Of a stretch of DNA of 64,000 nt, positions 18,188 to 28,068 are shown in pieces. The notes beneath the pieces were generated by a model. That model was not told where the DNA came from, ran no database searches, and was given only the letters and a program-made list of their open reading frames with translations. The stretch's first letter is position 1. Each line of letters starts with the position of its first letter. The stretch spans positions 1,728,001-1,792,000 of the forward strand of contig OZ241456.1 of the NCBI GenBank assembly GCA_965200875.1, read 5' to 3'. The position numbers and the translations under genes are program-made. The stretch is from Bdellovibrionales bacterium (GTDB lineage Bacteria > Bdellovibrionota > Bdellovibrionia > Bdellovibrionales > UBA1609).

Positions 18188-20125
18188 TCACCGGCTTAGA
18201 ATCAGCTGAACTTTCCGATCGGAAGGAAGAGGAGACGCAGGATTGGGAATGGTACGTACAACCTGCCCAGATCCTCTTACCTGCAAGCGCACCTTTTCCC
18301 GCTTTGCCTTTTGATAGGCACCTCTCAAACTTAACCCAATAAAATCCGGGGTTTTTCCATCCTGAGAAGATAACCCTCGATTAATAGGCTCTTTTTCTTT
18401 ATATGTTTTTTGGGATTCCCGCAAAATATTTCGCTCACTGATTAAAACAGGAGAGAGGCCAGACTGCCTGACAGCATATTCCGCCACTCTTGAAAAAACA
18501 GGAGCTGCAACAGTGGAACCATAAAATTTTTCTTGGGGCTGATGAACCACCACATAAATCACAAATTTGGGATCATTAGCGGGAATAAAGCCGGCAAAAC
18601 TGGAAATGTACTGTCCTTTCACATATCCCCCTTCTTCTGTATCAACCACTTGAGCAGTGCCGGTCTTGCCAGCGGTTTGAAATCCTTTTACCTGCGCCTT
18701 GTTGCCTGTTCCATCTTCTGAAACCGCCGATATCAACATCACTGTCATATTTTTAGCCTGCTCCGGGGTAAGAGCCTCCCCTAAAACCACCGGTTTAAAA
18801 AATTCTCTTTTTCCATTTTCTTTATAGTAAACAGATTCCACAAGATAAGGTTTCATTAACAAACCTCCATTGGCAATGGCAGAATAAGCCGCCACCATTT
18901 GCAAAGGAGTGACGGAAACAGCATGGCCAAAACCAATAGTGGCAAGCTGTAGCTTTTTCCAAGGGATTTTATGTAAAATCCCTGCGTTTTCACCAGGGAA
19001 AGAAATACCCAACTTGGAACCGAAACCAAAACTTTTCAAACTCTGATATAAAAAATCATCCCCTAAGCCCAAGGCCACCTGGGCCGCTCCCACATTGGAG
19101 GAATAAGATAAAATATCTCTTAAAGTCATATTTTTAAATTGGTGCGTGGACTCAGCCTCCTGAATAATATGACCGTCAATGGAAAGCTGGCCTTCTAGGC
19201 CATCATACACAGTGGAAGGGGGAATGTTTTTTTTCAAAGCCGAGGATATAATGAAAGGCTTTAAGGTGCTTCCTGGTTCAAAAGCATCTGTCACAGAGCG
19301 ATTCCTGAATAAATGGGGATCTGACTTAAAAGGCTGATTGAGATTAAAGGAAGGGGAATGAGCCATAGCCAAAATTTTACCGGTCTCAGGTTCCATAATG
19401 ATCCCCAAAGCAGATTTGGCGGAATATTCTTTAATAACTTTTTTTAATTCCTTTTCAAAAAAAAACTGCAAATCACTGTCAATAGTAAGATAAATATCAG
19501 CACCATTTGTCCTGAGCGTAATTAAATTGGTTTTAATGTCAGAAAAAAGTGGCCGTCCCATAGCGTCTCTGCGTGCAAGTACTTGTTTTTTCTCTCCACT
19601 TAAAATTTGATCATAACTCAGTTCAATGCCTTCCAAACCATGCCCATCACGCCCCACAAAACCCAGTATCTGAGCTAAAAGTGAACCACTGGGGTACACC
19701 CTTTTAGGTTCTTCCAGAAAAGCCAACCCTCTGATTTTCCAGGATTCCACAATCCGAGACTCCTTCTCACTGATATGTCTTTTCAACCACAAAAACCTAC
19801 GATTTTTATTTGAAATCCTCTTATAAATTTTTATTCTGGACATTTTTAAAAGCTGGCTCAGTTTTTGAGCTGTTTGACGGGGATTTTTAATCAGGGAAGG
19901 ATCTGCGAACAAGGACTGAGAGGCAACCGTGATAGCCAACTCCCGCCCATCACGATCATAAATAATTCCTCTTCGGGGTTTTAATTTAATAACGGTCTCA
20001 AAGTTTTTTTTCTTTGCCGAAATCAACTTCTGATTCGGGAAGAATTGAAGCCAAGCTCCCCGAATAAAAAAAGAAAAATAAAACAAACACAAAATAAAAC
20101 AAGTAAAAACAATTCTGGATTTCAT
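18188..20125 (-). CDS. ftsI: Penicillin-binding protein 3 (class B, cell division) with PASTA domain
   Basis: 'RGIIYDRDG', 'EPGSTLKP', 'SSNVG', 'KTGTAQ'; follows rsmH-ftsL. Confidence 0.92.
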   Translation of the reverse strand: MKSRIVFTCFILCLFYFSFFIRGAWLQFFPNQKLISAKKKNFETVIKLKPRRGIIYDRDGRELAITVASQSLFADPSLIKNPRQTAQKLSQLLKMSRIKIYKRISNKNRRFLWLKRHISEKESRIVESWKIRGLAFLEEPKRVYPSGSLLAQILGFVGRDGHGLEGIELSYDQILSGEKKQVLARRDAMGRPLFSDIKTNLITLRTNGADIYLTIDSDLQFFFEKELKKVIKEYSAKSALGIIMEPETGKILAMAHSPSFNLNQPFKSDPHLFRNRSVTDAFEPGSTLKPFIISSALKKNIPPSTVYDGLEGQLSIDGHIIQEAESTHQFKNMTLRDILSYSSNVGAAQVALGLGDDFLYQSLKSFGFGSKLGISFPGENAGILHKIPWKKLQLATIGFGHAVSVTPLQMVAAYSAIANGGLLMKPYLVESVYYKENGKREFFKPVVLGEALTPEQAKNMTVMLISAVSEDGTGNKAQVKGFQTAGKTGTAQVVDTEEGGYVKGQYISSFAGFIPANDPKFVIYVVVHQPQEKFYGSTVAAPVFSRVAEYAVRQSGLSPVLISERNILRESQKTYKEKEPINRGLSSQDGKTPDFIGLSLRGAYQKAKREKVRLQVRGSGQVVRTIPNPASPLPSDRKVQLILSR

Positions 20126-20215
20126 TTGCAGGTCCTTTTAAATTTTCGAATACTGTACTCCTCCAATTTGATTTTTTTTGCCACTTTATACAGCCTTTCG
20201 AAACCACCTCACAAA

Positions 20216-20515
20216 TTACTGTGGAACCACAGCCTTCTCTCCGATCACCAAAATAACCTGCCCTTCTTTAGCCCAATTTAAAGTCATTCTGGAATGTGCC
20301 CATTTTTCCAATCGTTCCGAGCGGGTTAAACGAGCCTGCTTCATCAGATTTTTATAATATTGATCCTGAAGCATACTGTAAGATCGGGATTTTTCCAAAA
20401 AATCATAATTCATGTCTCTTAATCGCATTTTAAAAAAAACAATGACAAATAAAAAGCCAATCACAATAACCACATTAAAAAAAGGCTTAAAATTATACTC
20501 AGACAAATCATACAT
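20216..20515 (-). CDS. ftsL: FtsL-like cell division protein
   Basis: Single TM plus coiled coil 'ERLEKWA'; position between rsmH and ftsI; GAGGA RBS before ATG 20515. Confidence 0.6.
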   Translation of the reverse strand: MYDLSEYNFKPFFNVVIVIGFLFVIVFFKMRLRDMNYDFLEKSRSYSMLQDQYYKNLMKQARLTRSERLEKWAHSRMTLNWAKEGQVILVIGEKAVVPQ

Positions 20516-20608
20516 TTTAACATTCCTCAGTTTGAACTTCAGATTGAATTTCAGGATTAAGTGATAACAAACCCACCCCGTTAAAATCCTGATAAATATC
20601 AAACTGGC

Positions 20609-21523
20609 TTACTCTTTCCTTTCAAACACTCGCAGTTTGGCACTTCGTGATCTAGGATTTTTCCTTATCTCCTCTTTTCGAGGCATAATCACTTTTTTAG
20701 TGAGATTTCTACCCTCTGTCACATCCAAACTCCGAAAAATATTTTTTACAATTCGATCTTCCAAAGAATGAAAAGTCAAAACAAAAACCCGGCCTTTTGG
20801 ATTAAGAGACCGAATCATCTTTGGCAGATTTTCCTTTAAACCCTCCAACTCATTGTTGACCTTCAATCGAAGAGCCAAAAAGTAAGGTGTGGCCGGGTGC
20901 ACTCCCTTCTTCCTCCAACCTTGTTTTTTCACAATCAAGTCTGCCAGTTCCTTTGTGCCTTTGATAGGAGCGCGTTTTCTCTGGCTTAGCAAGGCTTTTA
21001 CCACCAATGATGAATTATGTATTTCTCCATAAGTATAAAATAAATCCAATAATTCTTTTTCACTCCATTGATTAATTATATCCTTGGCGGAAAAAGACTG
21101 TGTTCCATTCATTCTCATATCTAGAGGGCCGTCCCTGTAAAAACTGAATCCTCTTTGTTCCTGATCCAGCTGTGGCGAACTGACTCCTAGATCCATGATA
21201 ATTATATCAAAGCCTTTTCCTTTCAGAAACCGCGGAAAATGATTTTTCATCAAATCAGAATAATTATGAAAATTGGCATGCAAAACCTGCAAAACTCCCT
21301 TAGGAAAATAAGGTTTTATATGTGTTATGCCCCAATTTACTGCTGATATATCACAATCCAAGGCTATCACTGAAACAGAAGAATAACGATTGAGGATGGC
21401 TTTTGTATGACCACCTGCGCCAAAAGTAGCATCCAAGACCCATTTTCCGGAAAAAAAAGGAGGGAAATACTCCAACATTTCCGCTAGGAGCACGGGCTTA
21501 TGCTTAAATAAATTAATATCCAT
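20609..21523 (-). CDS. rsmH: 16S rRNA m4C1402 methyltransferase
   Basis: 'HKPVLL', 'DATFGAGGH', 'DLGVSSPQLD', 'GPLDMRM', 'FHSLEDR', 'NPRSRSAKLR'. Confidence 0.97.
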   Translation of the reverse strand: MDINLFKHKPVLLAEMLEYFPPFFSGKWVLDATFGAGGHTKAILNRYSSVSVIALDCDISAVNWGITHIKPYFPKGVLQVLHANFHNYSDLMKNHFPRFLKGKGFDIIIMDLGVSSPQLDQEQRGFSFYRDGPLDMRMNGTQSFSAKDIINQWSEKELLDLFYTYGEIHNSSLVVKALLSQRKRAPIKGTKELADLIVKKQGWRKKGVHPATPYFLALRLKVNNELEGLKENLPKMIRSLNPKGRVFVLTFHSLEDRIVKNIFRSLDVTEGRNLTKKVIMPRKEEIRKNPRSRSAKLRVFERKE

Positions 21524-21587
21524 TTATAAGAAAAGTCCTGATTTTTTGCAAATCTACTTCATAAGAGGCAACAGATTTTCAAGAAAT

Positions 21588-22046
21588 CTAATGAAGAGTC
21601 TTGACAAAATCCAACACCTCCTGAGCATGGCCTGGAACTTTTACCTTTCTCCACTCTTTCAAAAGCTCCCCTTTTTTATTGAGAATAAAAGTACTTCTTT
21701 CAATACCGAGGATTTTTTTGCCATACAGATTTTTTTCTTTAATCACATCAAAAGCCTTACAAAGTGTTTCATCGGGATCACTAATTAAATCAAAGCGATA
21801 GCCGTATTTTGCTTTAAACTTCTCATGAGAGGAGAGACTGTCCCTTGAAACCCCTAGGATATGAGTGTCAAGCTCCCGAAATTTTTTATACAGATGGGTA
21901 AAGTCCGTACCCTCAGCTGTACAACCGGGAGTATCATCTTTGGGATAAAAGTAAAGGACAATATTCTCACCCTTAAAATCCTTTAAACAACACTTTCCCC
22001 CGCCACCCGTAACAGAAAGACTCATTTCAAGTGTTTTTTTTTCCAT
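21588..22046 (-). CDS. bcp: Peroxiredoxin Bcp
   Basis: 'LYFYPKDDTPGCT', 'GIERSTF'. Confidence 0.92.
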   Translation of the reverse strand: MEKKTLEMSLSVTGGGGKCCLKDFKGENIVLYFYPKDDTPGCTAEGTDFTHLYKKFRELDTHILGVSRDSLSSHEKFKAKYGYRFDLISDPDETLCKAFDVIKEKNLYGKKILGIERSTFILNKKGELLKEWRKVKVPGHAQEVLDFVKTLH

Positions 22047-22171
22047 AAAGGTTTTTTCCTTCTTTTCTGGCGGTTAAATAACTAATTCATTTGCCTTTTT
22101 TTGCCATTCCGGCTAAATTTCCATAAATCACATAAACACATATTTTTAACCTCCAACAAAAGAAACAGTCA

Positions 22172-22708
22172 ATGCTTAATATCAAAACCTCTGTGCTTAT
22201 TACTGCCGAACATATACAAAAAAAAGTACAGGAACTGGCTCAAATTCTTAACAAAAAATTCGAAAATAAGCAAATTATCGCCATAGGAGTCTTAAAAGGT
22301 TCTTTTACTTTTTATTCCGACTTAATACGCGCTCTTTCCTGCCGGGTATTATGTGATTTTTGCGCAACATCCAGTTATGGAAAAAAAAGAGAGCCTTCAA
22401 AAGAAATTAAGCTCACTATGGATACAGATCTGGATATTTCTGGAAAACATATACTTCTTGTGGAAGATATAGTGGATCGAGGCTTGACACTTAAATTTTT
22501 GCAATCCCACTTTAAACATCGAAATCCTTTGTCGCTCACCACTATAACCCTCATTGCCAAACCCCAAAATACCCGGCAGGTGAAATGTCAGCTGGACCAT
22601 ATCGGATTTGAAGTAGAGGCAGACTCTTTTTTAGTGGGATATGGTCTGGATTATCAGGAGCAGTTCCGCCATCTTCCTTATATAGCGGAAATTAACAGTC
22701 TGAACTAA
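22172..22708 (+). CDS. hpt: Hypoxanthine phosphoribosyltransferase
   Basis: 'VLKGS', 'SSYG', 'LLVEDIVDRGLTL', 'VGYGLDY'. Confidence 0.93.
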   Translation: MLNIKTSVLITAEHIQKKVQELAQILNKKFENKQIIAIGVLKGSFTFYSDLIRALSCRVLCDFCATSSYGKKREPSKEIKLTMDTDLDISGKHILLVEDIVDRGLTLKFLQSHFKHRNPLSLTTITLIAKPQNTRQVKCQLDHIGFEVEADSFLVGYGLDYQEQFRHLPYIAEINSLN

Positions 22709-23397
22709 ACCCACGAGTTTTTTTTTAAGCCAGAAGCTTTAAACTTTTTTAAAGAATGCTCCATTTGCCTGTTAAGCTGTATCCAATCTTCATCTGTCCA
22801 TTCCTCGGTTTTTCTTAAGTTCATGGCTTTTCTGGAAAAGAATTTTCTTTTTTCCTTCGGCAAAACTGCTGGCCTTAAAGGTAAGGGCGCGCCAGAATAA
22901 CTCATTTCAAAAAAAACCGGCCAGTTAAAACAATGTCCAGGATCCACTTTACCCCTGTAACCAGCAATATGTTCATGCCCAATAACTCTTTTTGGATTTT
23001 TTAAAGCGGGATAATGAACTTTCAGTTTCTCCAAAATCATTTGAAGTGACCTGTATTGTTTTTTTGTATACTCAAATAAATTGCCGTTTCTGTTCACCAA
23101 TTCCACTCCAATGGAAAAATCATTAAACTGCCTCCACTCTTTTTTCCCTTCCTGTAAATAACTTTCCCCCGCGTGCCAGGCCCTGAAGCACTTTCCCTGT
23201 AGACAGGAAACCAATTCATAAGCAGAACCATCCTGATCCACCACAAAATGACTGGAAGCCTTGGTTTTTGGATTCTGAAACAGATCCAAAGTTTTTGAAA
23301 AAGAGACACAAGTGTAATGAATCACTAAAAACTCCACAGTTATTTCCACGGGATCGTAATTGAATAAAAGTGGCTTTTCAGAGATGACAAGAGACAT
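22705..23397 (-). CDS. ampD: N-acetylmuramoyl-L-alanine amidase (Amidase_2, AmpD/AmiD-like)
   Basis: 'LVIHYT', 'SSHFVV', 'AWHAG', 'NDFSIGVE', 'GHEHIA..RGKVDPG..FNW'. Confidence 0.85.
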   Translation of the reverse strand: MSLVISEKPLLFNYDPVEITVEFLVIHYTCVSFSKTLDLFQNPKTKASSHFVVDQDGSAYELVSCLQGKCFRAWHAGESYLQEGKKEWRQFNDFSIGVELVNRNGNLFEYTKKQYRSLQMILEKLKVHYPALKNPKRVIGHEHIAGYRGKVDPGHCFNWPVFFEMSYSGAPLPLRPAVLPKEKRKFFSRKAMNLRKTEEWTDEDWIQLNRQMEHSLKKFKASGLKKNSWV

Positions 23398-23549
23398 TTT
23401 TTTTATTATAGTGACAGCTTGCAGAATGAAACAAGTATTTTTGCACATAAAAATATACAATCTTATGACTTACGGGCAAAACCAAAATGTATGAGAGGGG
23501 ATTTCCACTGACGGGAAAATGACATAACTTTTAAAGAAAGGAAAGAAAC

Positions 23550-24584
23550 ATGGGTGAATTTTTTTTTGAGATCGGCATATTTGCAAGCAAGGTTTTTATT
23601 ATTGCGTTTTTAGTGGGAGGATTACTCATTATATCCGGTTCTGCGTTTTCCGAACACAAAAAATGGAAAAAGAAAAAAAAATTGGAAGTGGAGGATATAG
23701 GTGACAATCTGCAAGCTTATCGTTTAAAAATACAGTCTGTCACCCACTCCACGAAAAATATAAAAAAACAAATCAAAACTCTGAAAAAGCAAAAGCAAAA
23801 AGAAGAAAGTGAGGAAAAACCCCGAGCATACATATTGAATTTTAAAGGGGATATGGAAGCTTCTCAGGTGGAGCTTTTGCGAGAGGAGATCTCCATTTTA
23901 CTGAAAACAGCTGATCCCAAAAAAGATGAAGTTATTATAAAGCTCAACAACCGTGGAGGGCTGGTTCATAGTCATGGCTTAGGAGCAAGCCAGCTGGAAA
24001 GATTGAGAACTAAAGGGTTTCAGCTGACTGTCTGTGTGGATGAAGTAGCGGGGAGTGGAGGTTACCTGATGGCCTGTGTGGCCAACAAAATTTTATCAGC
24101 ACCTTTTGCAGTTATCGGTTCTATAGGGGTATTGGCGCAACTTCCCAATTTTTACAGATTTTTACAAAAGCAAAATGTGGATTATGAAGAGCACTCCGCC
24201 GGCACACACAAAAGAACACTGACTTTATTTGGAAAATCCACAGAGGAAAAAAGAGAAAAACTAAAAGAACAATTGGAAGAGGTGCATACTCATTTCAAAA
24301 ATTACATTGTAAAATACCGACCTGAAGTGGATCTTTCCAAGATCGCAACAGGCGAGCACTGGCTGGGAACAAAAGCCAAAGAGCTGGGTTTAGTGGATGA
24401 CATTCAGGTCAGTGATGATTACATTCTCTCTTTGCTGGACACCAAAAAAGTGTATAAGCTCAGCTTGAAAGAAGAAGAGCTGACAAACATTCAGCGTCTG
24501 CTTTCAAAAAAAATAAAACAAATTACCGCTGGCAGTTTTTTTGGGTTTATAAAAAAACTTTTTCAGTTAGGCCAAAAAAAATAA
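23550..24584 (+). CDS. sohB: S49-family protease SohB
   Basis: 'FKGDMEAS', 'GGLVHSHGLGASQL', 'VAGSGGYLMACVA', 'GSIGV', 'ATGEHW'. Confidence 0.92.
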   Translation: MGEFFFEIGIFASKVFIIAFLVGGLLIISGSAFSEHKKWKKKKKLEVEDIGDNLQAYRLKIQSVTHSTKNIKKQIKTLKKQKQKEESEEKPRAYILNFKGDMEASQVELLREEISILLKTADPKKDEVIIKLNNRGGLVHSHGLGASQLERLRTKGFQLTVCVDEVAGSGGYLMACVANKILSAPFAVIGSIGVLAQLPNFYRFLQKQNVDYEEHSAGTHKRTLTLFGKSTEEKREKLKEQLEEVHTHFKNYIVKYRPEVDLSKIATGEHWLGTKAKELGLVDDIQVSDDYILSLLDTKKVYKLSLKEEELTNIQRLLSKKIKQITAGSFFGFIKKLFQLGQKK

Positions 24585-24610
24585 ATTTTTGATTTTAATC
24601 AGATTTTCTG

Positions 24611-24635
24611 GGGGGTTCAGATGGTTTCAACCCCC
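24611..24635. terminator. Hairpin between convergent genes (possible terminator)
   Basis: gggggtt-N11-aaccccc between the sohB and vWA gene stops. Confidence 0.4.
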
Positions 24636-24669
24636 TTCGCGTGAAGTTTACTTGTATGATCGATTAATT

Positions 24670-25983
24670 TTAATTCTTGCGACAACGAAATAACACTCTG
24701 GCCTGAGAACCCAAAGACACTGGATCTGCTATGATAACCTGCCGACCTTCCACCCGAAATCTCACATCCATCCCAGCCACCTTAAGATATACGCTCCGAA
24801 CCTCTGGAAAACAAGGAAGAGAAATAGGTGGCATTTCCAGTAAATTATTGGCTATAGGACCGAGTTGGCTGTTATAGTCCGTGGAGCAAACAGAACCCAG
24901 ATGACCTGGGCGGATATTTCCATATTTGGACATAATATCAGGAGAAGGCTTTGAAGCCTCAGCGTAAATACGACCTTCCACACCTCCTGACTGAGCTTGG
25001 CAATTCCCGTCGCCGGGTTTAACAATAATAGAGTGGAAAGAAACTATGGAAAAGGGGTTCTTGTGACTGGCCTTTCTGAAAAAAGTTTCTGGTTCATCAT
25101 AAAGCTCCAACTGAGGCACACTGCCAACTCTTCCTTCAGGAACCCGACCTCCATAACTTCTTTCATCTTCATCTGAAATAACAATGACTGTAAAAAGAGA
25201 GTGTGGCCTGAAAAACACATTGTTTTCCGCATTATCCAATGCCATATTCAAAGCATAAATCCCGCGTTCATCATCCATATTACCCACAACAGGCTTTATC
25301 TTCTCCTGAAAATACTGTACATTTTGCCGATGCCTTAAAACATCTCCTGAAGGATTGGAAAGAAATTTCTGACCATTGGGAAACACCACAAAACGCCCAT
25401 TATTTTTATTATATCCTATTTCAGTGGTTGTAATGGCTATCTGATAATCTGCTTTTTTTATATCCTCCAAAAAAGTATTAAACTGATTAGCGATTCCTGC
25501 CAGTTCCGGCTCCATGGATTTTGAGTTATCCACAACAAACAAAATATCCATTCGGCCAAGCCGGGTTTTAATGGAGTTATTAGGTCTATAACGATTATCA
25601 GACTCTCTATTACTGGTATGATGATCATTGTCATCATCATCGTCATCGTCATAGCCATCATCATCATCGTCATCGTCATCATCCCTACGGTCATGGGGGG
25701 AGTGGTCATCATCAGAATCAGGAATGGAAAGATTATTAGGGTTTTTTCCATCATAGTTATCAGGAGGGATATTTCCATCATAGATATCGGCCTCCATTTC
25801 CAGATCATTATGACATTCCACACCTTCCACATCTAAGTCCTCTCCACAATCAAATTCCGGTATATCAGTAAAACTCAGATCCTGACAGCCACCAATATAA
25901 ACCACCAGAAAACCCACCACAATAAAAGTGGTGAATGTCAAAACTTTTACATATTGTTTTCCAAGATTACTAAAAAATTTCAT
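24670..25983 (-). CDS. vWA/MIDAS-domain lipoprotein with poly-Asp linker
   Basis: Signal peptide ending 'YIGGC'; D-rich tract; 'DILFVVDNSKSM' (DxSxS); 'VIVISDEDE'. Confidence 0.75.
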   Translation of the reverse strand: MKFFSNLGKQYVKVLTFTTFIVVGFLVVYIGGCQDLSFTDIPEFDCGEDLDVEGVECHNDLEMEADIYDGNIPPDNYDGKNPNNLSIPDSDDDHSPHDRRDDDDDDDDDGYDDDDDDDNDHHTSNRESDNRYRPNNSIKTRLGRMDILFVVDNSKSMEPELAGIANQFNTFLEDIKKADYQIAITTTEIGYNKNNGRFVVFPNGQKFLSNPSGDVLRHRQNVQYFQEKIKPVVGNMDDERGIYALNMALDNAENNVFFRPHSLFTVIVISDEDERSYGGRVPEGRVGSVPQLELYDEPETFFRKASHKNPFSIVSFHSIIVKPGDGNCQAQSGGVEGRIYAEASKPSPDIMSKYGNIRPGHLGSVCSTDYNSQLGPIANNLLEMPPISLPCFPEVRSVYLKVAGMDVRFRVEGRQVIIADPVSLGSQARVLFRCRKN

Positions 25984-25990
25984 ATTATCT

Positions 25991-26018
25991 TTAACGGAAT
26001 AAATTATGAAAAACTAAA
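25991..26018 (-). promoter_or_regulatory. Putative sigma-28-type promoter
   Basis: TTTA-N16-TCCGTTAA, 7 nt before ATG 25983. Confidence 0.4.
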
Positions 26019-26077
26019 TAGGCGCGTGTGAAAAACCACTTAACATATTGTTATCACTTGATTTTTTTATAAATAGA

Positions 26078-26127
26078 TTTGAACACACCGCGACTAAAAG
26101 TCGCGTGCGTGGAAAACACGCATGTTT
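26078..26127. other. Structured intergenic element, double-hairpin core (copy 2)
   Basis: cgcgact-aaa-agtcgcg and tgcgtg-gaaaa-cacgca hairpins closed by gaaca/tgttt; 44 of 50 positions identical to 16366-16414 by manual alignment. Confidence 0.7.
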
Positions 26128-26419
26128 TCACCCGGCAGGTGAGAGGTATGAGAATAGCATGCCACATATAAAGACTTCTTCATAATCTAAATTTTTAAAA
26201 ATAAACTCTTTTCCCTTCCAAGTTTTTATGTATATTATTGAAAAAGTAGAAAATATGGGATTTAGTATAACTTTTAAAGCTTATTTTGTAAAAAATTCAA
26301 ACAATCGTCTAAAAAGCAAATATAAAACAAAAGAAAAAAAGGAGAAAACAGGTATAAAGTCTTTGAACGGTTTTTGCATGTAAATAAATATACAGGAAAC
26401 TTTTACTAAGGAGTAGAAA

Positions 26420-26623
26420 ATGAGAACCACCTATTTAAAAGAAAATTATGAATACAAGGAGAGTGAGAAAACAGACTTTTTAAGAGAACAAACAGAGTGT
26501 CCTATCTGTCACGGAGAATTGGACATCTTTATAGAGTGTATCGGCAATCACCAAATTAAAGAAGAAGCACGTTGTACTCAATGTATGGCTTTATCAAGAG
26601 TACAGGATCACCTGCTCCACTGA
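26420..26623 (+). CDS. Small zinc-ribbon protein
   Basis: AAGGAG RBS; 'CPIC...CTQC'. Confidence 0.7.
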   Translation: MRTTYLKENYEYKESEKTDFLREQTECPICHGELDIFIECIGNHQIKEEARCTQCMALSRVQDHLLH

Positions 26624-26840
26624 ACAGGAATGTAAAATCGTCAAATTTTACACACATAAGTGTTAAATTTTTGACGATTCATTTATTTCCTCACAAATTA
26701 TACTTTTCGATCTTTATAGTTCATTCACGAGTCTTAATCCCTTTTTCAGAGGTAGTTATTTGAAAGCTCGACAAATTACCAACTAAAAACGAGTAAATTC
26801 CAGCTCTGTTCTATACATTTCAGATTTTTTAATAAAAATC

Positions 26841-26869
26841 TTGACATTAAAAAAAAGATTTCCTATATA
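26841..26869 (+). promoter_or_regulatory. Putative sigma-70 promoter
   Basis: TTGACA, 17-nt spacer, TATATA, upstream of ORF 26960. Confidence 0.55.
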
Positions 26870-26959
26870 GAGCTTGGGCTTTTTCTGTATTGCTATTCAT
26901 TTCTCACACACTTTACGCACTTTTTAAAACGATCTTTGCAGTAAAAAAAAGGAATAAAA

Positions 26960-27268
26960 ATGATTAATTTCAGCACTGATAATTTTATATTTAAAGGTTT
27001 TGATCCTTCTGATGACCTGAAAGTGTATTGTAAAGAAATTTACAGTCGGGTAGAAGGCAAAGCACCCAGTGAATCCACAAAAATTGCCTTTATCAGTAAA
27101 ACCAATAAAGGATATGAAGGATCTTTTCGAGTCACATCTGCTTCTGGAATCTTTAAAGCCAATTCAAAAAACCCTTCAGCTAAGCCCTTAATTGATGAAC
27201 TATATAAAAAAATGTCTCTTCAAATTTTAGACTGGAGTAAAACCCGCGGGCTTAACTTCAAAGAATAA
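26960..27268 (+). CDS. Hypothetical protein, possible HPF/RaiA-like fold
   Basis: 102 aa with AGGA RBS; beta-alpha-beta-beta-beta-alpha pattern ('FKGFDPSDDLKVY', 'LIDELYKKMSLQI'). Confidence 0.5.
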   Translation: MINFSTDNFIFKGFDPSDDLKVYCKEIYSRVEGKAPSESTKIAFISKTNKGYEGSFRVTSASGIFKANSKNPSAKPLIDELYKKMSLQILDWSKTRGLNFKE

Positions 27269-27300
27269 GCATTCTCCACGCTATATAAAAAAATATACCA

Positions 27301-28032
27301 ATGCAACAACAGGAAAATCCTTTTTTAAATCTTTTTTTTAATATCCTGATACCCATTGTTATTTTAAACAAAGGTCATCTCCTTTTTGGCAGTCAATCGG
27401 GGGTTTTAGCCCTTTTACTAGCTTTGTTATTTCCGCTTCTTTATGGCTTGTTTGATTTTTTAAAAAACAAGAGAAAAAACATCATCTCTGCTTTTGGTAT
27501 CCTGAATGTTTTGTTCACAGGTGGCTTGGCACTTTATAAACTGGATGGGATATGGTTCGCTGTTAAAGAGGCTGGTTTTCCTTTACTGATAGGAATTTTT
27601 GTTTTCATATCCGCTTATACGAAAAAAAATTTTTTTGAATATTTAACCCGAAGTGCTCATTTGTTAAGATGGGATATCCTAGAAGAAAAAATACAAAGCT
27701 CTTCTTCTGCAAGTTCTTTTAAAACACTATTTAAAAAATCCACTATTATGTTTTCCTTGTCTTTTTTTATCAGTGCGGGTTTAAACTTTGGTCTGGCTCT
27801 TTATATTTTTTCTGAAAAAGAGCTTACGGAAATATCTTCGGCAGAAAAAGAGATTATTTTAAACCAAAAAATTGCAGATATGACTTGGCTGGGTTTTCTG
27901 GTTATTGGATTGCCTATGGCAGTTTTTGCCATTGGAATTTTTTGGTGGTTTTTAAAACAGCTAACAAAAATAACTGGCCTTCCTTTGGAAACAATATTGA
28001 CCACTAACAAACATCTAAAAAAACCTTCCTGA
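27301..28032 (+). CDS. VC0807-family (septation protein A-like) membrane protein
   Basis: 'NILIPIVIL', 'ALLFPLLYG', 'NVLFTGG', 'WFAVKEAGFP'; multiple TMs. Confidence 0.7.
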   Translation: MQQQENPFLNLFFNILIPIVILNKGHLLFGSQSGVLALLLALLFPLLYGLFDFLKNKRKNIISAFGILNVLFTGGLALYKLDGIWFAVKEAGFPLLIGIFVFISAYTKKNFFEYLTRSAHLLRWDILEEKIQSSSSASSFKTLFKKSTIMFSLSFFISAGLNFGLALYIFSEKELTEISSAEKEIILNQKIADMTWLGFLVIGLPMAVFAIGIFWWFLKQLTKITGLPLETILTTNKHLKKPS

Positions 28033-28068
28033 TTATTCAATAACAAAGAATCAACAGTCAGTTATAAC

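Noticed and set aside
25458..25836. Met/Thr-rich and Ile-rich ORFs
   Set aside because: Alternative frames of the GAT/GAC poly-Asp tract.
26038..26066. dif site
   Set aside because: acttaacatat resembles a XerD arm, but there is no plausible XerC arm, and the adjoining sequence is a repeat also found at 16249.
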